This document shows, piece after piece, positions 22,101-34,819 of a stretch of DNA of 64,000 nt; position 1 is the stretch's first letter, and each line of letters opens with the position of its first letter. The notes under the pieces were generated by a model. The model did not search any database. It saw nothing but the letters and a program-made list of their open reading frames with translations, and was not told where the DNA came from. A program made the position numbers and the translations under genes. Source of the stretch: Takakia lepidozioides (lineage: Eukaryota; Plantae; Bryophyta); the NCBI GenBank assembly GCA_030704615.1, contig CM060734.1:2294001-2358000 (forward strand), given 5' to 3'.

Positions 22101-23697
22101 AGTTGTCCCCAAAACAACTTAGGTGGCAAGATACTTTGGCGGTGTTCGACGTGGATATCCAGTACAAACCGGGACGAGACAACGTGGTGGCCGATGCTTT
22201 AAGTAGAAAGCAGCAGCTCTTGTTGGTGTACAAGGGCGAGACGGCGCTCCAAAGGAAGATCCGGAAGGCTTGCCGGAAGGATGAGCTGGCAAAGTCTGTG
22301 ATGCAGGACTTGAGGATGGGGGTTAAATCGCAGTTCCACTTGCAAAATGGACTGCTCCGGTATAAGCAAAAACGTCTCTACGTGCCGAAGGGAGGGATCA
22401 GAGATAGCCTCTTGAGAGAATGCCATGATAGCCCGCTTGCGGGCCACGGCGGAGCCAAGCGCACTGCGGCACTCTTGAAAAAGAGTATTTCTGGCCCAAA
22501 CTGAGGGAGGAGGCAGAGGAGTATGTCAAGACATGCACCACATGCCAACAAAACCGGAGCGAGTACAAAAAGCAAGCGGGGCTGTTACAACCCTTGCCGA
22601 TTCCAGAGGGGACTTGGGAAAGCGTCTCGATGGATTTCATGACTGCTATGCCGCTGTCAAAAGGATTCGATGCAATCATGGTGGTGGTGGATAGGTTCAG
22701 TAAAATGGGCCATTTCATCCCCACCAAGGAGACGGCAACGGCGCAGGAGACAGGGCGACTTTACTTCGCCCACGTCTTAAAGCATCATGGAGTCCCGAAG
22801 GATATTGTCTCGGATCGCGATCCAAAGTTTACGAGTAAATTTTGGAGGACACTTTGGAAGAAGATGGGGACGAGGCTGAAGATGAGCACCGCCTTCCGAC
22901 CTACGACCGACGGCCAAACAGAAAGGGTGAATTCCGTAGTGAAGCAGATCTTGCGGAATTACGTGTCGGCAGACCAAACAGACTGGGTGGAACACTTAGA
23001 CGCGGCAGAGTTCTGTTATAATAACACAGAACACTCCGCAACGGGAGTTTCCCCTTTCGTATTGGTCTATGGAAAAGCACCTCTGGTGCCGACAAGTTGG
23101 GCCGCCCAGGACGTTGAGGAACCGGCAGTAGCGGCGGTACTGGAAGAACGCGAGCGTTTGTTGAAGCTCGCAAAGTACAACATTGCCAAAGCTAGGAAAC
23201 GGTATGAAAGGCAGGCGAATCGGAAGCGGAGGGAAGTGAAGTTTGAGGCAGGCACAGAGGTCTGGTTGAACATCAAGAATTTCCGACTACCTCCGGAAGT
23301 GAGTCCGAAGTTCGTACCTCCGTATGCGAGACCCTTTCGCATTCGGAAGGTTATGAATGAGGATGTGTATGAATTGGAGCTGCCGGCAAACAGCAAGGTG
23401 CACCCAGTATTCCATGTCTCCCTTTTGAAGCCTTACTTCAAAGATGAAGCGCGTCCGAATCGGCATCAAGTGTTGCGTCCGCCACCTAGGCTGTTGGATC
23501 ATGAAAATGAACCTGAGTACGAGGTGGAGGCAATACTTAAGTCGAGGAGGTTCAAGAACCGAGAAACGGAGTATCTCGTCAAATGGAAGGGCTATCATCA
23601 TGTGGAGGCATCTTGGGTGCGTGCCTCAGAAATGGGAAACGCATCCGAGGCGGTTGCAGCTTTCGAAGGGCGACCTCAAAAGCGGAAGAAACGTTGA
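19138..23697 (+). pseudogene. gag-pol polyprotein of the chromovirus (one stop near 19612 and frameshifts near 21210, 21665 and 22490)
   Basis: CCHC knuckle [14 protein letters not shown]; protease [10 protein letters not shown]; [11 protein letters not shown]; RH HTDASDFAIG; INT SMDF/SDRD/DGQTE; chromodomain EYEVEAIL..YLVKWKGY..ASW. Confidence 0.95.
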
Positions 23698-24580
23698 TGG
23701 GGACATCAACCTTGGAGCGTGGGGGAGGAAATGCATGCTTAGCCCGGCTTAGCTAGCTTAGGAATCCGATTACAAAAACTTGTATTGTACAAAAATTTGT
23801 TATAAAGGAAATGGGTTCCAAATATTGTGCGTCCTATTTTGTTTGGAATGGTGATGCATGGTATGGTTGGCTAGTGTGTAGAATGCATGCTAGCTTATAA
23901 AAGTGGGAGAGGTAAATTGGGTTAATCGTGTGTTTGCGTAGTGCCGAAATCGGGTGACCCCCATCCAAGGGGCAAGGAAACTTGCGGGAGTTCACGTGCT
24001 AGTGCGCACCTGGCGCGTGCGCGTACTATAACTGCGCTACCGAGGGGGTTGCCTTGTAGTGCGGGCTAACGCGGAAGCTACGTGCTTCCGTTCACGTACT
24101 ATAATCGTGTAGCCTCGGGACGAAGTCGTAGTGCGGCTTCGGCGTGTTCCCGTACCTCAGGCCAGCATTCCAAGGCGGACCCAATTGTAGTGATTGGGGC
24201 GCACGGTTGGTTCAAGGTTATCTTCCTAGTCAAAGAGGGTTCCAGGGAACCCTTGCTCAAGGTGATGCCAAAAGCGGCATCATGAGCGATCGCAAGCAAT
24301 GTTGTTGCAGTAAGGCGATTCGATCCTCGGGGAGGATCGTTCCTTGGCCTTGAAGTAGGCCAAGAAGAGTGCACTGGGAGGAGCTGGAGAGGCTCCACCC
24401 TTGGCTGGGACTTGGAGGAAGTCGGCCGAACTAGCTAGTGGAGAGTAGAGTCAAGTGTGGGGTTTGGTTCTTTGCCATGGGACGCCATGGTGCGGAAACA
24501 AACTCCTTGATGTGGGACGCCACAACTTGGATGTTCGTTTCTACAAAATGGACAAGTCGATGAGGACATCGACTCCCTGT

Positions 24581-24593
24581 TGGTAGGGGTGTG
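24581..24593 (+). other. Polypurine-tract-like sequence before the 3' LTR
   Basis: TGGTAGGGGTGTG immediately precedes the TG of the 3' LTR. Confidence 0.6.
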
Positions 24594-25318
24594 TGTTGCG
24601 GCCCTTTGCCTTGAGGGCAGGGGGTCGGGACACATGAGGGGCTGCCCCTGTAGTGGGGGCATCGGCAGCGATAGGTATGGGGGGCTGAAGCACCCTTGAG
24701 TGCCCAAGGCACTCAAGGAGGCGGAGGCGCTCACTAGGTGGAGCCCCGCACACCGGGTTGCGGTGGGGTGGCTCCACAAGGGGTGGTGGTAGCTTAGCGG
24801 GACTTAGTGGGGGTGGCATAGGACTCACCATGGGGGCGGAGACCTCGTGGTGGGAGTCGTGGGGAGTCTTGGGACTCATCACGGTCCATGGGGGCCGTGA
24901 TGAGTGGGCCAAGACTCACCGCGACTCATCACCGGGAGTCGAGGGTTTTCGTGGCGGTTCGCCATAAAATGGCATGGCTGGTTATGAAACCCCCGCGGAC
25001 AGCTATAGAAGTATATATAGGGAGTAGTAACCCCGAGAATGGTGCAAGCCCGTTGGTGACCAAAAACTAGTGAGTAAGTGAACGAGTCGGAAAGCGACCA
25101 AAGAGAGGGGAGCTGTTCCGGACTTCCATCTACCGAAGGGAATTCTCCTAGTCCCAAATAGGTGGAGGGTTTAGAGGGAAGCGAAGGGGGACCGTTATGT
25201 CCCGGTGAGCAGCCGAAGGTCCAAGTTGGCCCGGGCGGCCAGGTTGGGAGTCAGGCGCGCGCATCAAAGCGAGTAACTATGACTTGAAGGGGAGCTTACC
25301 GAAGTGAGGTGCGCGACA
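24594..25318 (+). repeat. 3' LTR (725 bp)
   Basis: Direct repeat of 18357-19082, ending in CA and followed by the TSD. Confidence 0.96.
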
Positions 25319-25323
25319 TGCTG

Positions 25324-26143
25324 TTACTGCACCACAACAGATACCTTTAAAACAACTCAGGCCTCCCAGTTGCATTTCTGCAACCTGTTCCCACTCTGGG
25401 TGTGCAGCAAACAGGGTAGCCTCCTGCTCCTCATCAAGTCCTCCCCTCCAGTCATACTCTCTGACTCCACGAGGTCTTCTGGTAGCAGGTAGCCGACTAG
25501 ATTTCTTAGTGGTGACCTGTATCTTGTACTTCCCATCATGTACAGTCAGTAACTGGGAATTCCAGTCATGGAATACCCTGGCCTATTTCAACCATGGTCG
25601 CCCCAGTAATAAGGAGTAAGCTTCCATAACATCATCCATTTTCAACACAGTCATTGTGATCTTAAAAATCATCTTTTGGATCTGTATCCTCACTCCTCTT
25701 ATCAAGCCTAAAGGCTGTACACTCCTTTGATCTGACATTGTTACTGTAAATGGGGCTGGTTTCATGTTACTCAGATCAAGCTTCTGCCTTAATTGGTCTG
25801 TCATAATATTCACTCCTGAGCCTCCATCTATCAGTACATCAGTCAAGTCTGTGCTTCCAATTCTCAATTGGATTACTGGCATAGAATCATCAAAGTCCAT
25901 GACTGTTTCTTGCCCTTCAGGCTTCACATTATAACTTGCCACCTTGCTGCTCAGGTCTGCGTTCTCTGTCACATGAGCAATCTGATTAATTGCTTGATAC
26001 AGCCCGTGCCTACAATAAGGTGCTACAGCCAATAGCTGTCCAATGGTAATCTCAGCTTTGGTCTGGCATATTACTTCAGCCAGAGTCCCTTCATTACTCT
26101 GCACTTGTGCAACTTCTTTCTTCACTTCATCTTCACTCTCCAT
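25324..26143 (-). pseudogene. Aspartic protease region of gypsy element A
   Basis: VLIDGGSGVNIM and LLLGRPWL motifs; stop at 25583. Confidence 0.85.
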
Positions 26144-28025
26144 CTTCTCTATCGGAGTCAGAAGAATCCACCATAGGGATATCAGTATTCTTCTGCAATA
26201 TTTCCCTTATGGTGTGAGCCACTTCCCTGTGTAGTTCCTTCTCATCTCTCCAAGCCTCATCATCTTCAGGCACATCACTGCCATCCTCATTATCATCTTC
26301 TTCCTGATCCACTAGAGATATTAGTTTAGCTTTGCTTCTAGTCACTATCATTGTACTCACTTCTGGTACAAAACATGGCCTAACCATGTGAGCTGCCACC
26401 ACTGGGCCCTCATTCATAGGAGCTCTCATCTCATTCTGGTGTCTGATCCAAAACGGACAGGCTGCCTTGCGATGTCCTGCCTGGTTACAATAATAACACA
26501 ATTCTTCACCATTGGGTCCTCGTCCTTGGTCTGCTCTGGAATTATTTCTATAATCCTGATTCCCTGGCTGGTAATTCCCCCTTGGATTACCCTGATAGCT
26601 GCCCCTGGGATTGCCTTGGTAATTCCCTCTTGGATTACCTCTCCCTGCCATACCATTGTTATAACCACCAGGCCTTCCATAGTGGTCCTGATCATTGTTT
26701 CTTCTTGGCTGGGGCTGCACTTGATGCACCCTTACTTGCCTAGGTTCTCTTGCAGCTGTCCTTATGTTGTAATAACAATTCTCAGTAGAATGGTTATCCA
26801 TTTTACAGATAGTACAATGTTTCTCCTTCATGTGGCATTCAGCTGTGGTATGGCCTTCATTCTGGCATTTTGCACACCAAACACCCTTCCTCCAATGTGT
26901 TGCAGCCTCTATGGCATACTTCTTCAAGATTTCCTCCAATCTTTTCTCATAGTTATCCCTCTTCAACTTTTCCTTCTTCTTACTTTTCCTCTTGAGCTCT
27001 TGCTCTTCTTCTTCATCTGACTCATCTTCAGAGTCCTCATCATCCCTTTTCTCTCTCCTGAGCATTCCCAACTGCTCAATTCTGTTGGCTGTTTCAAATG
27101 CCTCCTCCACTGTATTATGGGGTAGCATATCCACTTTCTTTTGTAATTTAGGCCTTAATCCACTCACAAACCAAGTCTTCTGTAACCCTGGTGCTGGCAC
27201 AACAGACAATTTTTTCATCATCAACTCCATCTTTTCCATGTACTCTTCAACAGTTTCATGTTTCTTTTGCTTTAACTGTTGTAAACTCCCATACACTTCA
27301 TCCTCAGTTTTGCTTGTCCTGAACCTATTCCGGAATGTTGTACTGCCATTCCAGGTTAGGAAATGATTATCAGGGAATCTTGCATACCATTCACTTGCTT
27401 TCTTGATAAGTGAACAAGGAAACAGTCTCATCTTGGCATCATCGCCATTCTCATTGTTCACAATACACATGTGCTCAAATTGGCTAATGTGTATATCAGG
27501 ATCCCCTTTCCCTGCATATATTGGAAAAGGTGGTTTTGCCCGTGTTGGAGGTACCGCCATCTGTGGCCCTACACCCTGCCCACTGACAGGTGCTGGTCCT
27601 CCTGTTGGTGTTGGTCCTTGAGGACCTATTGTTGTAGTGGTGGAACTCCCACCAAATATTGGCCCTTGAGCACTCCCTGCTACTGGCCCCTCTGTACTTA
27701 CAGTATTCCCAGCTCCAGTTGCACTACTTCCCACACTCCCTGTCCCCCCAGAGCCAGATCCAAGCTGCCCTCCTGATCCCCCTGAGCCAACACCTTCGTT
27801 GGCCTGTGATCCAAGTGCTCCACTTGATCCAGGTCCAACAGGTTGGGATGTCCTGGCTGTAGTCTCAACCTCAACTGTTGGGTCTACTTCTTCATACTCC
27901 TCATCATCCAAATTCTTCTCTCTATTTTCATCTTCCAAGTTCTTCCCTTGGATTTCTTCTTCTTCACTCATGTAACTCAATTGCAATGGTGTTGGAGAGT
28001 CTGAACTCTCCGTTGGCTCTGCCAC
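26133..28025 (-). CDS. Gag of gypsy element A
   Basis: Retrotrans_gag-like core (RLFPCSL..ASEWY, LKQKKHETVEEY, WFVSGLRP) and three CCHC-like knuckles. Confidence 0.9.
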   Translation of the reverse strand: MAEPTESSDSPTPLQLSYMSEEEEIQGKNLEDENREKNLDDEEYEEVDPTVEVETTARTSQPVGPGSSGALGSQANEGVGSGGSGGQLGSGSGGTGSVGSSATGAGNTVSTEGPVAGSAQGPIFGGSSTTTTIGPQGPTPTGGPAPVSGQGVGPQMAVPPTRAKPPFPIYAGKGDPDIHISQFEHMCIVNNENGDDAKMRLFPCSLIKKASEWYARFPDNHFLTWNGSTTFRNRFRTSKTEDEVYGSLQQLKQKKHETVEEYMEKMELMMKKLSVVPAPGLQKTWFVSGLRPKLQKKVDMLPHNTVEEAFETANRIEQLGMLRREKRDDEDSEDESDEEEEQELKRKSKKKEKLKRDNYEKRLEEILKKYAIEAATHWRKGVWCAKCQNEGHTTAECHMKEKHCTICKMDNHSTENCYYNIRTAAREPRQVRVHQVQPQPRRNNDQDHYGRPGGYNNGMAGRGNPRGNYQGNPRGSYQGNPRGNYQPGNQDYRNNSRADQGRGPNGEELCYYCNQAGHRKAACPFWIRHQNEMRAPMNEGPVVAAHMVRPCFVPEVSTMIVTRSKAKLISLVDQEEDDNEDGSDVPEDDEAWRDEKELHREVAHTIREILQKNTDIPMVDSSDSDREDGE

Positions 28026-29136
28026 ATCTTCCTCTCCTTCTTTATCTTGTGCTTCAGAAACTGGAGTATTCGACAGCTCCCTTTCGACTTTTGTGCTTCC
28101 TGTGTATGCCGAAGCAATGGCATTTCAAATGGCCGAGGCTCTATCCCTTGAGTTCTTATTGTCTGATCGCAGATGTAGCCATCGTAGATCCGGAGTTCTT
28201 AAATTCTTAGACTTGGATGCAGAGGACGCGGGGATACATTGTACTGACTCTGAGCAGGGTTGCACACGTCAGTGACGTCACGTCACGTCGGACCTGACGC
28301 TGACGCGACCAACGTCACGTCAATTTTGCCGAAAATTCAGTAAAACATGAGTTAGGTAAAAAATATGTCACGTAGGTGGACACGTTGTATTCCAAGCGAC
28401 ACCTTGGCAAGTGAATGAATTGTTTTATAAATTACTCCATCCGCCAGTATTTGAGGTCATTTTTAAATCATTATTGTTAAATTGGTGCGACCTCCAAATG
28501 GTGGTGGTCGCAGAATTTATCAGCCAAACACAGTCCCACACAGCTTTACACAGCCAGTCAGAGCTCGGCACAGTCACGGCCCGATACAGCTTGGCACAGC
28601 CGTCACAGCGTGCATAGAGAACGGTTATCACTGGTAGGGAACGATTATGTGGGAACGACATCTGCAGAAGGAACGTGCTTACTTCTTGGGTGACAGTTAG
28701 TTAGTTAGGCGGTTAGAATAGCTTGCAGGTAGATTAGGCAGAGTAGCAACATGGAGAGGACGGACGGAGATGACTTCTTGGTGATTCACGAGAGGAGATC
28801 AGGCGGAGAGCGGGAACGGGAGCAAGGATGGAGAGCACGGTGAAGGAGGAGACATGATCAGTAGATGCTTGATACATGCAAAGCTGTAGTGATATACTGT
28901 AGAGCAGGCTAAGGACACCATGGCTTCGGCCTGATATATGATAAGTCTCAATCTGATACTTATTCGATACAATCACACTGTGTAGAGAGACTTGAGTGAA
29001 GCTGATGCGTGAATGGATGCGTGATAGATACTGAAGCAATCTAATGCTTAAGTATACACAGTGCGGTAAATTGCTAACATGAAGGTAAGAAGAAATACAA
29101 ACATGAAGCACAACCATGATACACTAGCTGTAGGTC

Positions 29137-29831
29137 ATGACTGATTGTTCTGAGCGGGCTGAGTGCTTAGAGATATCCAACTCTTCTATCTTGGAGTTTC
29201 CACCTCGGATAGCGAAGGGATGGGTGAGTAAAAGTCGCTCGACATTTGGTGACCATACTGGGGAACTGGGTCAAGAACAACCAGATGTGACAGGCATCTG
29301 GTGGGATCATGGTGGATGGAGAATTAAAGAATTTGATGTGAATCAAATTCCCTGTGGAACTGAGAAAGAAAGATTGTCCAAGCAATTCTTTCAGAGATTC
29401 TTGGAATTGCCAGACGATTGCAAAGAAACATTCTTAAGAGAGTGCATGATGCAGATCCAGAGTGGGGTCTGGAGAAAGGAGTGATAAAGATTTATCAAGT
29501 GGCCTGTAGAGGGAGAGCAAGTTGGTTACCAACACTGGTTTATGTGATAACATTGTTATCCATCAAACAAGTGGAGTTTGAAGGCTGGGAGGAACGGAAA
29601 GTGAATGTTTACACTCATATGCATGAAGACCTGGTACTGGTAAAGAATTGGATTCCTAAGGATATCCTGTGGATCAAACTGACACCAAGAACAGCTTTTC
29701 AGACGTGTTTGCCATATAGTTATATGGTAATAGAAACTTCTAGTATAGCCAAGGGTGCATTGAAGCTTGAAAGAAATCCAGGCATATACGAGAGATACTA
29801 CAGAAGAGAGTTTTGGTTATTGCCTCATTAA
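29137..29831 (+). other. Frameshifted ORF pair of unknown function, antisense to gypsy A within its putative LTR/5' region
   Basis: Overlapping ORFs 29137-29484 and 29418-29831; no motif recognised. Confidence 0.3.
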
Positions 29832-30573
29832 AGATATGAAAGACATGGGACATGAATGAGGAAAGAGAAGATAGACTCCACAGATATTCAGCGAAAAGAT
29901 AAAGTTATTTGAAAGCTAATTATCCATATATTTGGGAGAGGGGAATAGACATAGAGGAATCATCTGGACCTCTTACACCATTAAGATCAAAGAGTACATC
30001 ACCCATACCGGAGGAACCAGAGTTGGATGCCACTCCATCTTATTCTTTACAAGAATGATTGAGGGATTTGATAAATGAAGAAGATCAGCCACGAGGGGAG
30101 AGATCTGAGGTACATCCCTGGATAAAAGATTTGACAGAAATCTTTGATAAGAGTTGGCATGGGATAGTTCGGTGTCGCCCTCCATGCCAAAAAAAGCTTC
30201 TCCCGCCTGCTTTGCAAGCATGATAAGTCGCACCTGCCAAGACAGAAAGCCTCAAGAAGGTTGGAGGGGATGCGAAAGCGGATATGAACTGGAAGACCGA
30301 AAATGGGAACAGTATTGAAGCAACGAACCTGTGGATGGTGTGAGGTTGACCACCCTTGCAGAATGGTGGCTGCATGACTCCAAGAGCGTCTGCATGAACG
30401 TTGGGGTTTTCTCCCTTGCACCTCTCCATGGAAAGCCATTTGGTCTTTTGATAGTCTGACTGGAGTGCATGAAGTTGTAGAGCATGTCATCGACATGCGG
30501 CTCATAAGGAGGGTTGATGAAACACCCCTGATCGGGAGGATGGTGTCTTTGAGGTGTGTGAAAGACACCCACG

Positions 30574-31210
30574 GGGGGGTCACTATATGTATTTTTTTTA
30601 TATCACATACGTACAAAGGTATATTTATACTAGGCTATATTTTTAAAATTCTGCATTTTTTTCCACCCTATCTTTAGGTAATATTGTAAAACCCTTTGTT
30701 TTCTAACACCCTATTTTTTTTTATAAGTTTCTTTTGCAACAATTAATTAGACCCTATTTTAAATTGTCGTTTTAAATAATTATAAAATTTCAAAGCATTT
30801 ACACAAACAAATAGCATCACTTGGATCAAAAGAGTATAAGTTTTGAGATGTTTCAAATGCCATAGTCACTGTTGAGATTATATCAACATCAATCCATTGT
30901 GTATCACTGGAATCATATTTGAACTTCAGGTGAACTCTACCTGATTTCATCCTGATGGATTAGAGCTGGATGAAATATGAGAAACTTCACAAGGATGGAT
31001 ACATTATACTGTAGATAAAACCCTTTACTACATTAACTTTTTAAGTAAAACTCTGGATTTTTTGTGACATTTTTTAAAAAAAAACTGGGTGAAAGGATAT
31101 TGTCTTACCATATTTTCTAAGTAAAACTTTTCTAAAATTTACCTCAAAAAAATAAATTGCACCCTATATTTGTTCTCACGTGGTTTTGAAAATACGGGGA
31201 GTGACCCCCC
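30574..31210. mobile_element. AT-rich MITE-like insertion within the MTase exon
   Basis: TIRs GGGGGGTCACT..GTATTTT / AAAATAC..AGTGACCCCCC, with a non-coding AT-rich interior. Confidence 0.75.
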
Positions 31211-34200
31211 TAAGAAGACACCATCCATTCAAAGCTGCGGACAGAGGATGGTGTCTTTGAGGTGCGAATCCTCCTCAGACAGATCGCCTCGAACATCCTT
31301 GTCTGGTAAAGATGCAAGGTTGGGGTATAAAAAGATCTGAGGAAGTCTGGCGTAGGAAGGAACAAAACATGGACAAGAAATGAAAACTACAATGGAATGT
31401 ATTTGTGATGATCGGTGCCGATCATCACAGATGGTGGTAGAGCAAGCCAGCAGAAATAACGAAAATGCATTGGAAAATAGTAGTGAGGAGGGCGGAGCCA
31501 TACCAGCTGTCCAGGGCAACCCCCTTTCAGAAGGTAGAGGATGTTCACACAATTCCATGTCCTCAGAACTTCAAACCCAGATGACTTGAGGTATGATGCC
31601 AGTCCTCGACGACTATCCTTGTCACATGATTGAAAAAACAGAAGCGTTCCTGCATCTGAAAGGAAATTATTGCAGAACCCTAAAACCCAACTCCATTAGT
31701 TCTCATCGAATCTGTTCCAGGATGACGTCTTTCCCTTTGGAGGAACATCCGGAACAGGCTGGCCGTCCGGGATGTTAAGAATGACCATGTCAGTGGCAAA
31801 GGTTTTTTGAACACCGCACACGAATGAGGGACCAGTGCTCACCTGCAACAGACAGGTCCAATTTGAGAACCAAGGAAAATGAGGGTCCCAACAGAAACTA
31901 ACATCAACATGGCAACGACAATTTCGATGGTCCCCAATAGAAGAGGAAGATTCTTACCAGATTCAGGAAAGAAATCATGTTATCCCAAGTCGGTGATGGC
32001 ACCCCCGAGTACCTTTTTTTCCGAGTCTCCATCATCGCCAGCCATCCCTCATTGACAATCTTGATCTGCCCTGCCAAGTCTGCACGGGAAGGGTGTGGCC
32101 TAGCATCAAAAACGCATTCAATAGTGCGGGTATACCTCCCTGCGGTGAAGTCTTTCTCCTTGTCGTTGTCATTTTCCTTCTCTTTCTCCTTCTCCTTCTC
32201 CTTTGTTTTCGCAGGTGACTTGGCTACTCCCTCCGAAGCCTTTGCATCTTTGTCTTTCACCTTGCGGCCCCCCTTCTTGCCCTTCTGGGGAGTTCCCTGC
32301 TTGTCTGGCTCCTTGGCGGCCAATGAAGCTATGTTCCTCTGGTACTCTTTGTCGTTCAGAGGTGCCAGCATCTCCGCATGGTTGTTCAAATACTTCATTT
32401 GCTGCTCTTGAAACGTCGTGTGCTCAGGAGGGCAGTCGAGGTACCATCCACAGTCCCTAAAGTGGGCAGGACTCCAGTCCCTCAAGATACCAGCTATGTA
32501 CATGGTGGGATCGTTGGCAGGGTCCGACCACATGTCCAGGTAATCAGGGATTCCACTCAGGTGTTTTCCATCCATCAACACATATTTTGTGTACTTGCGG
32601 ACGCTCAAACAGATACCATCCCCCAAAACCAAAAATCAAAAAGCAGCGGAAAGTGATGATCGGTGGCGATCATCACTTTCCTATCAGAGAGAATCCAACA
32701 TGGGTATGCAAATCCTTATGATAATCCATAATGCAATGATCGGCACCGATCATCAGGTTACAGATAAAAAACCAATTGCCTATGTGTTACAGAGGTAGGA
32801 TTTAAGAATGGAGACATGGACATGTTCTCCAATATTCAGTTGTTCGACGAGAGAAGCTCACAGCACTGGAAGTGATGATCGGTACCGATCATCACCAAAT
32901 TCCTTTCTAGCACAAAGAAAATCCTAAGGGTTTCTCAACTGAGGCAATACAAAATTTGAAAGAATGTGATGGATTGGCTTTAGATAGTGCACATATACAC
33001 AACACACATCATGGCCCACCCCCCCCAACCTGACTGTCGAAATCATTCGACCTCAATATGTTACCATCCTTGGAGAACTCGCGGAAGAAACAGTATCGCC
33101 ACGTGAGAGCTTTCCACTTTCTAATGTACGCCTCCAAGGTCATCTGTGGTGGGGAGACCATCGAAATATTCAAGTCCTTAAAATTCTGCTCCAGGACAAG
33201 AATGGCGCGTTTCTCGAGCTGCAAAAGGAACATCTATCAGTATTGCACATCATGAAGTCATTGGATAATTGCTATACAATAGGCACTTCAAGCAACACAT
33301 ACCTGACTCCAAAATGTAGCCTTGTGAAGCCAGTTTTCAAAAACAGTGTCACTTATGCCCTCGACCTTTGTGCCAGGCTGGATTGTGCTTTTCGGGAACT
33401 GATTCAGATCCTTTCACTGTCTGATCCAAGTTCCAAATCTCAAGCCATCTAACTTTTGTCTGGGGGTCGACCATGGAGAATGCCAGCCTGTGCAATTTCT
33501 CCTGTTGCATCTCTGGATGAACATGCTTGTCATAGTGCGCTTTGATTTGGAGAAGGAACTCCTCCCCAAGGTCGGGATCCACTATCCTCAACTGCTTCAT
33601 GAAAGCGGACATCAGCTTCGTTTTCCTGATCTCGTACTCCTTCTTTATGGCTGTCCTAACTGCTTTTGCAGTCCTGCTTTTGCTCTTCTGATGTAGTGCG
33701 GTAGTACTCAGATTTCCCCCTCTCAGCGGCCTCTGTTAGTTCTTGCTGCATGTAACAACAAGTGGATTAGAACACACAAGATTACAATTTTATTTTGCAG
33801 AAGATAGGAAGATGTAGGTTGGGCCATACTACATACATGTACTCCAGAAAATGCATCTCGGGTCAACGAGTACCAGGTCCCTGCAGCTCTCCCTGTTTCG
33901 CACTTCTTGATTACATCAGGATGTAGCACTGAGCGGAACTCATCAAGCTTCATCAAACCTATTCTCTGAATACGGAAAAGTGTGTGGACCAAGCTCGTAG
34001 TAACATGAGATTTCTCTGTTGATCTGCAAAAGGGGAATAGACATTGCATGGGTAAGATCTCTGTTTCGTTTGGCCTTGAAATGCGATGAGCATGCAATTT
34101 GACAGGCAATGGAGTTTTTAAGATGTCTTACTTGTTCACGTCATGCATAGCTGCCAGAAGTCTCGTGATGTCGTTTCTAGGATCCAGAACCATTGCCTCC

Positions 34201-34819
34201 ACAGCAACATGCTTGTCCTTGTCTTTTGAATGGTGTTTCTCAATGTATCCCATCCAAGCTAGCAGGCGATGGTTTCCGTCCCAGACATAGAACATGTGGT
34301 TGCAGAACTGTTGGGTGTTATTTCCCAGTAGCAAGGAGTCCTCGAACTCGTCATTGACATCCTTCCAGCAGTCATCCCAGTTGTCTGTTATCTCCAGACT
34401 CACTTTTGTGTTGTTACCATTTGTATCTTTCAATGAGACGTAGAAAACTTGTGCACCCATTCTGTATCCGTGCACGAAATCTATTTCCAACTTGGTAATG
34501 TCATGCGAAAGTGGAGGACGAACAACATGCATTGAGATCATCCGGCAGAGAGGGATTTCAAGATGTCCTCCGGAGACGATCATGTCCCTAATAACCTCCT
34601 GGGAATTTACCTTCTGATATGACATAAGTTCTTTGTGACCTTGTCGAGGTAGTGCATTTCAGGCTCGTCTGTGTCTTCGTTGTTCTCCAAACTCTTCGTG
34701 GAGTCGTCCCCTTCTCCAGATCCTTTTGCTTTTGTTCCTCCCTGCTTGGACTTAACATTTTTCTGCAGGCCCCAAACCCACAAGAGCCACAATCAACTGG
34801 TGTTCGGGAAACAGGCATG

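Larger units (their letters stand above)
18357..25318 (+). mobile_element. Full-length chromovirus-type Ty3/gypsy LTR retrotransposon
   Basis: TG...CA LTRs, 5-bp TSD TGCTG (18352-18356 and 25319-25323), iMet PBS, PPT, and gag-PR-RT-RH-INT-chromodomain. Confidence 0.97.
1..29977 (-). mobile_element. Non-chromovirus Ty3/gypsy LTR retrotransposon (element A), degenerate, interrupted by MULE-1 and a chromovirus; 3' end lies left of the window
   Basis: gag-PR-RT-RH-INT order on the minus strand. Removing both insertions and one copy of each TSD restores an open pol frame (GICCGAVTATPIEGETSSYPPHFYEEREGEMEILEEPATVSLQDEVV). The 5' boundary is tentative: TCTTACA ending at 29977 reads TGTAAGA on minus, a candidate LTR start; the second LTR was not seen. 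Confidence 0.8.
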
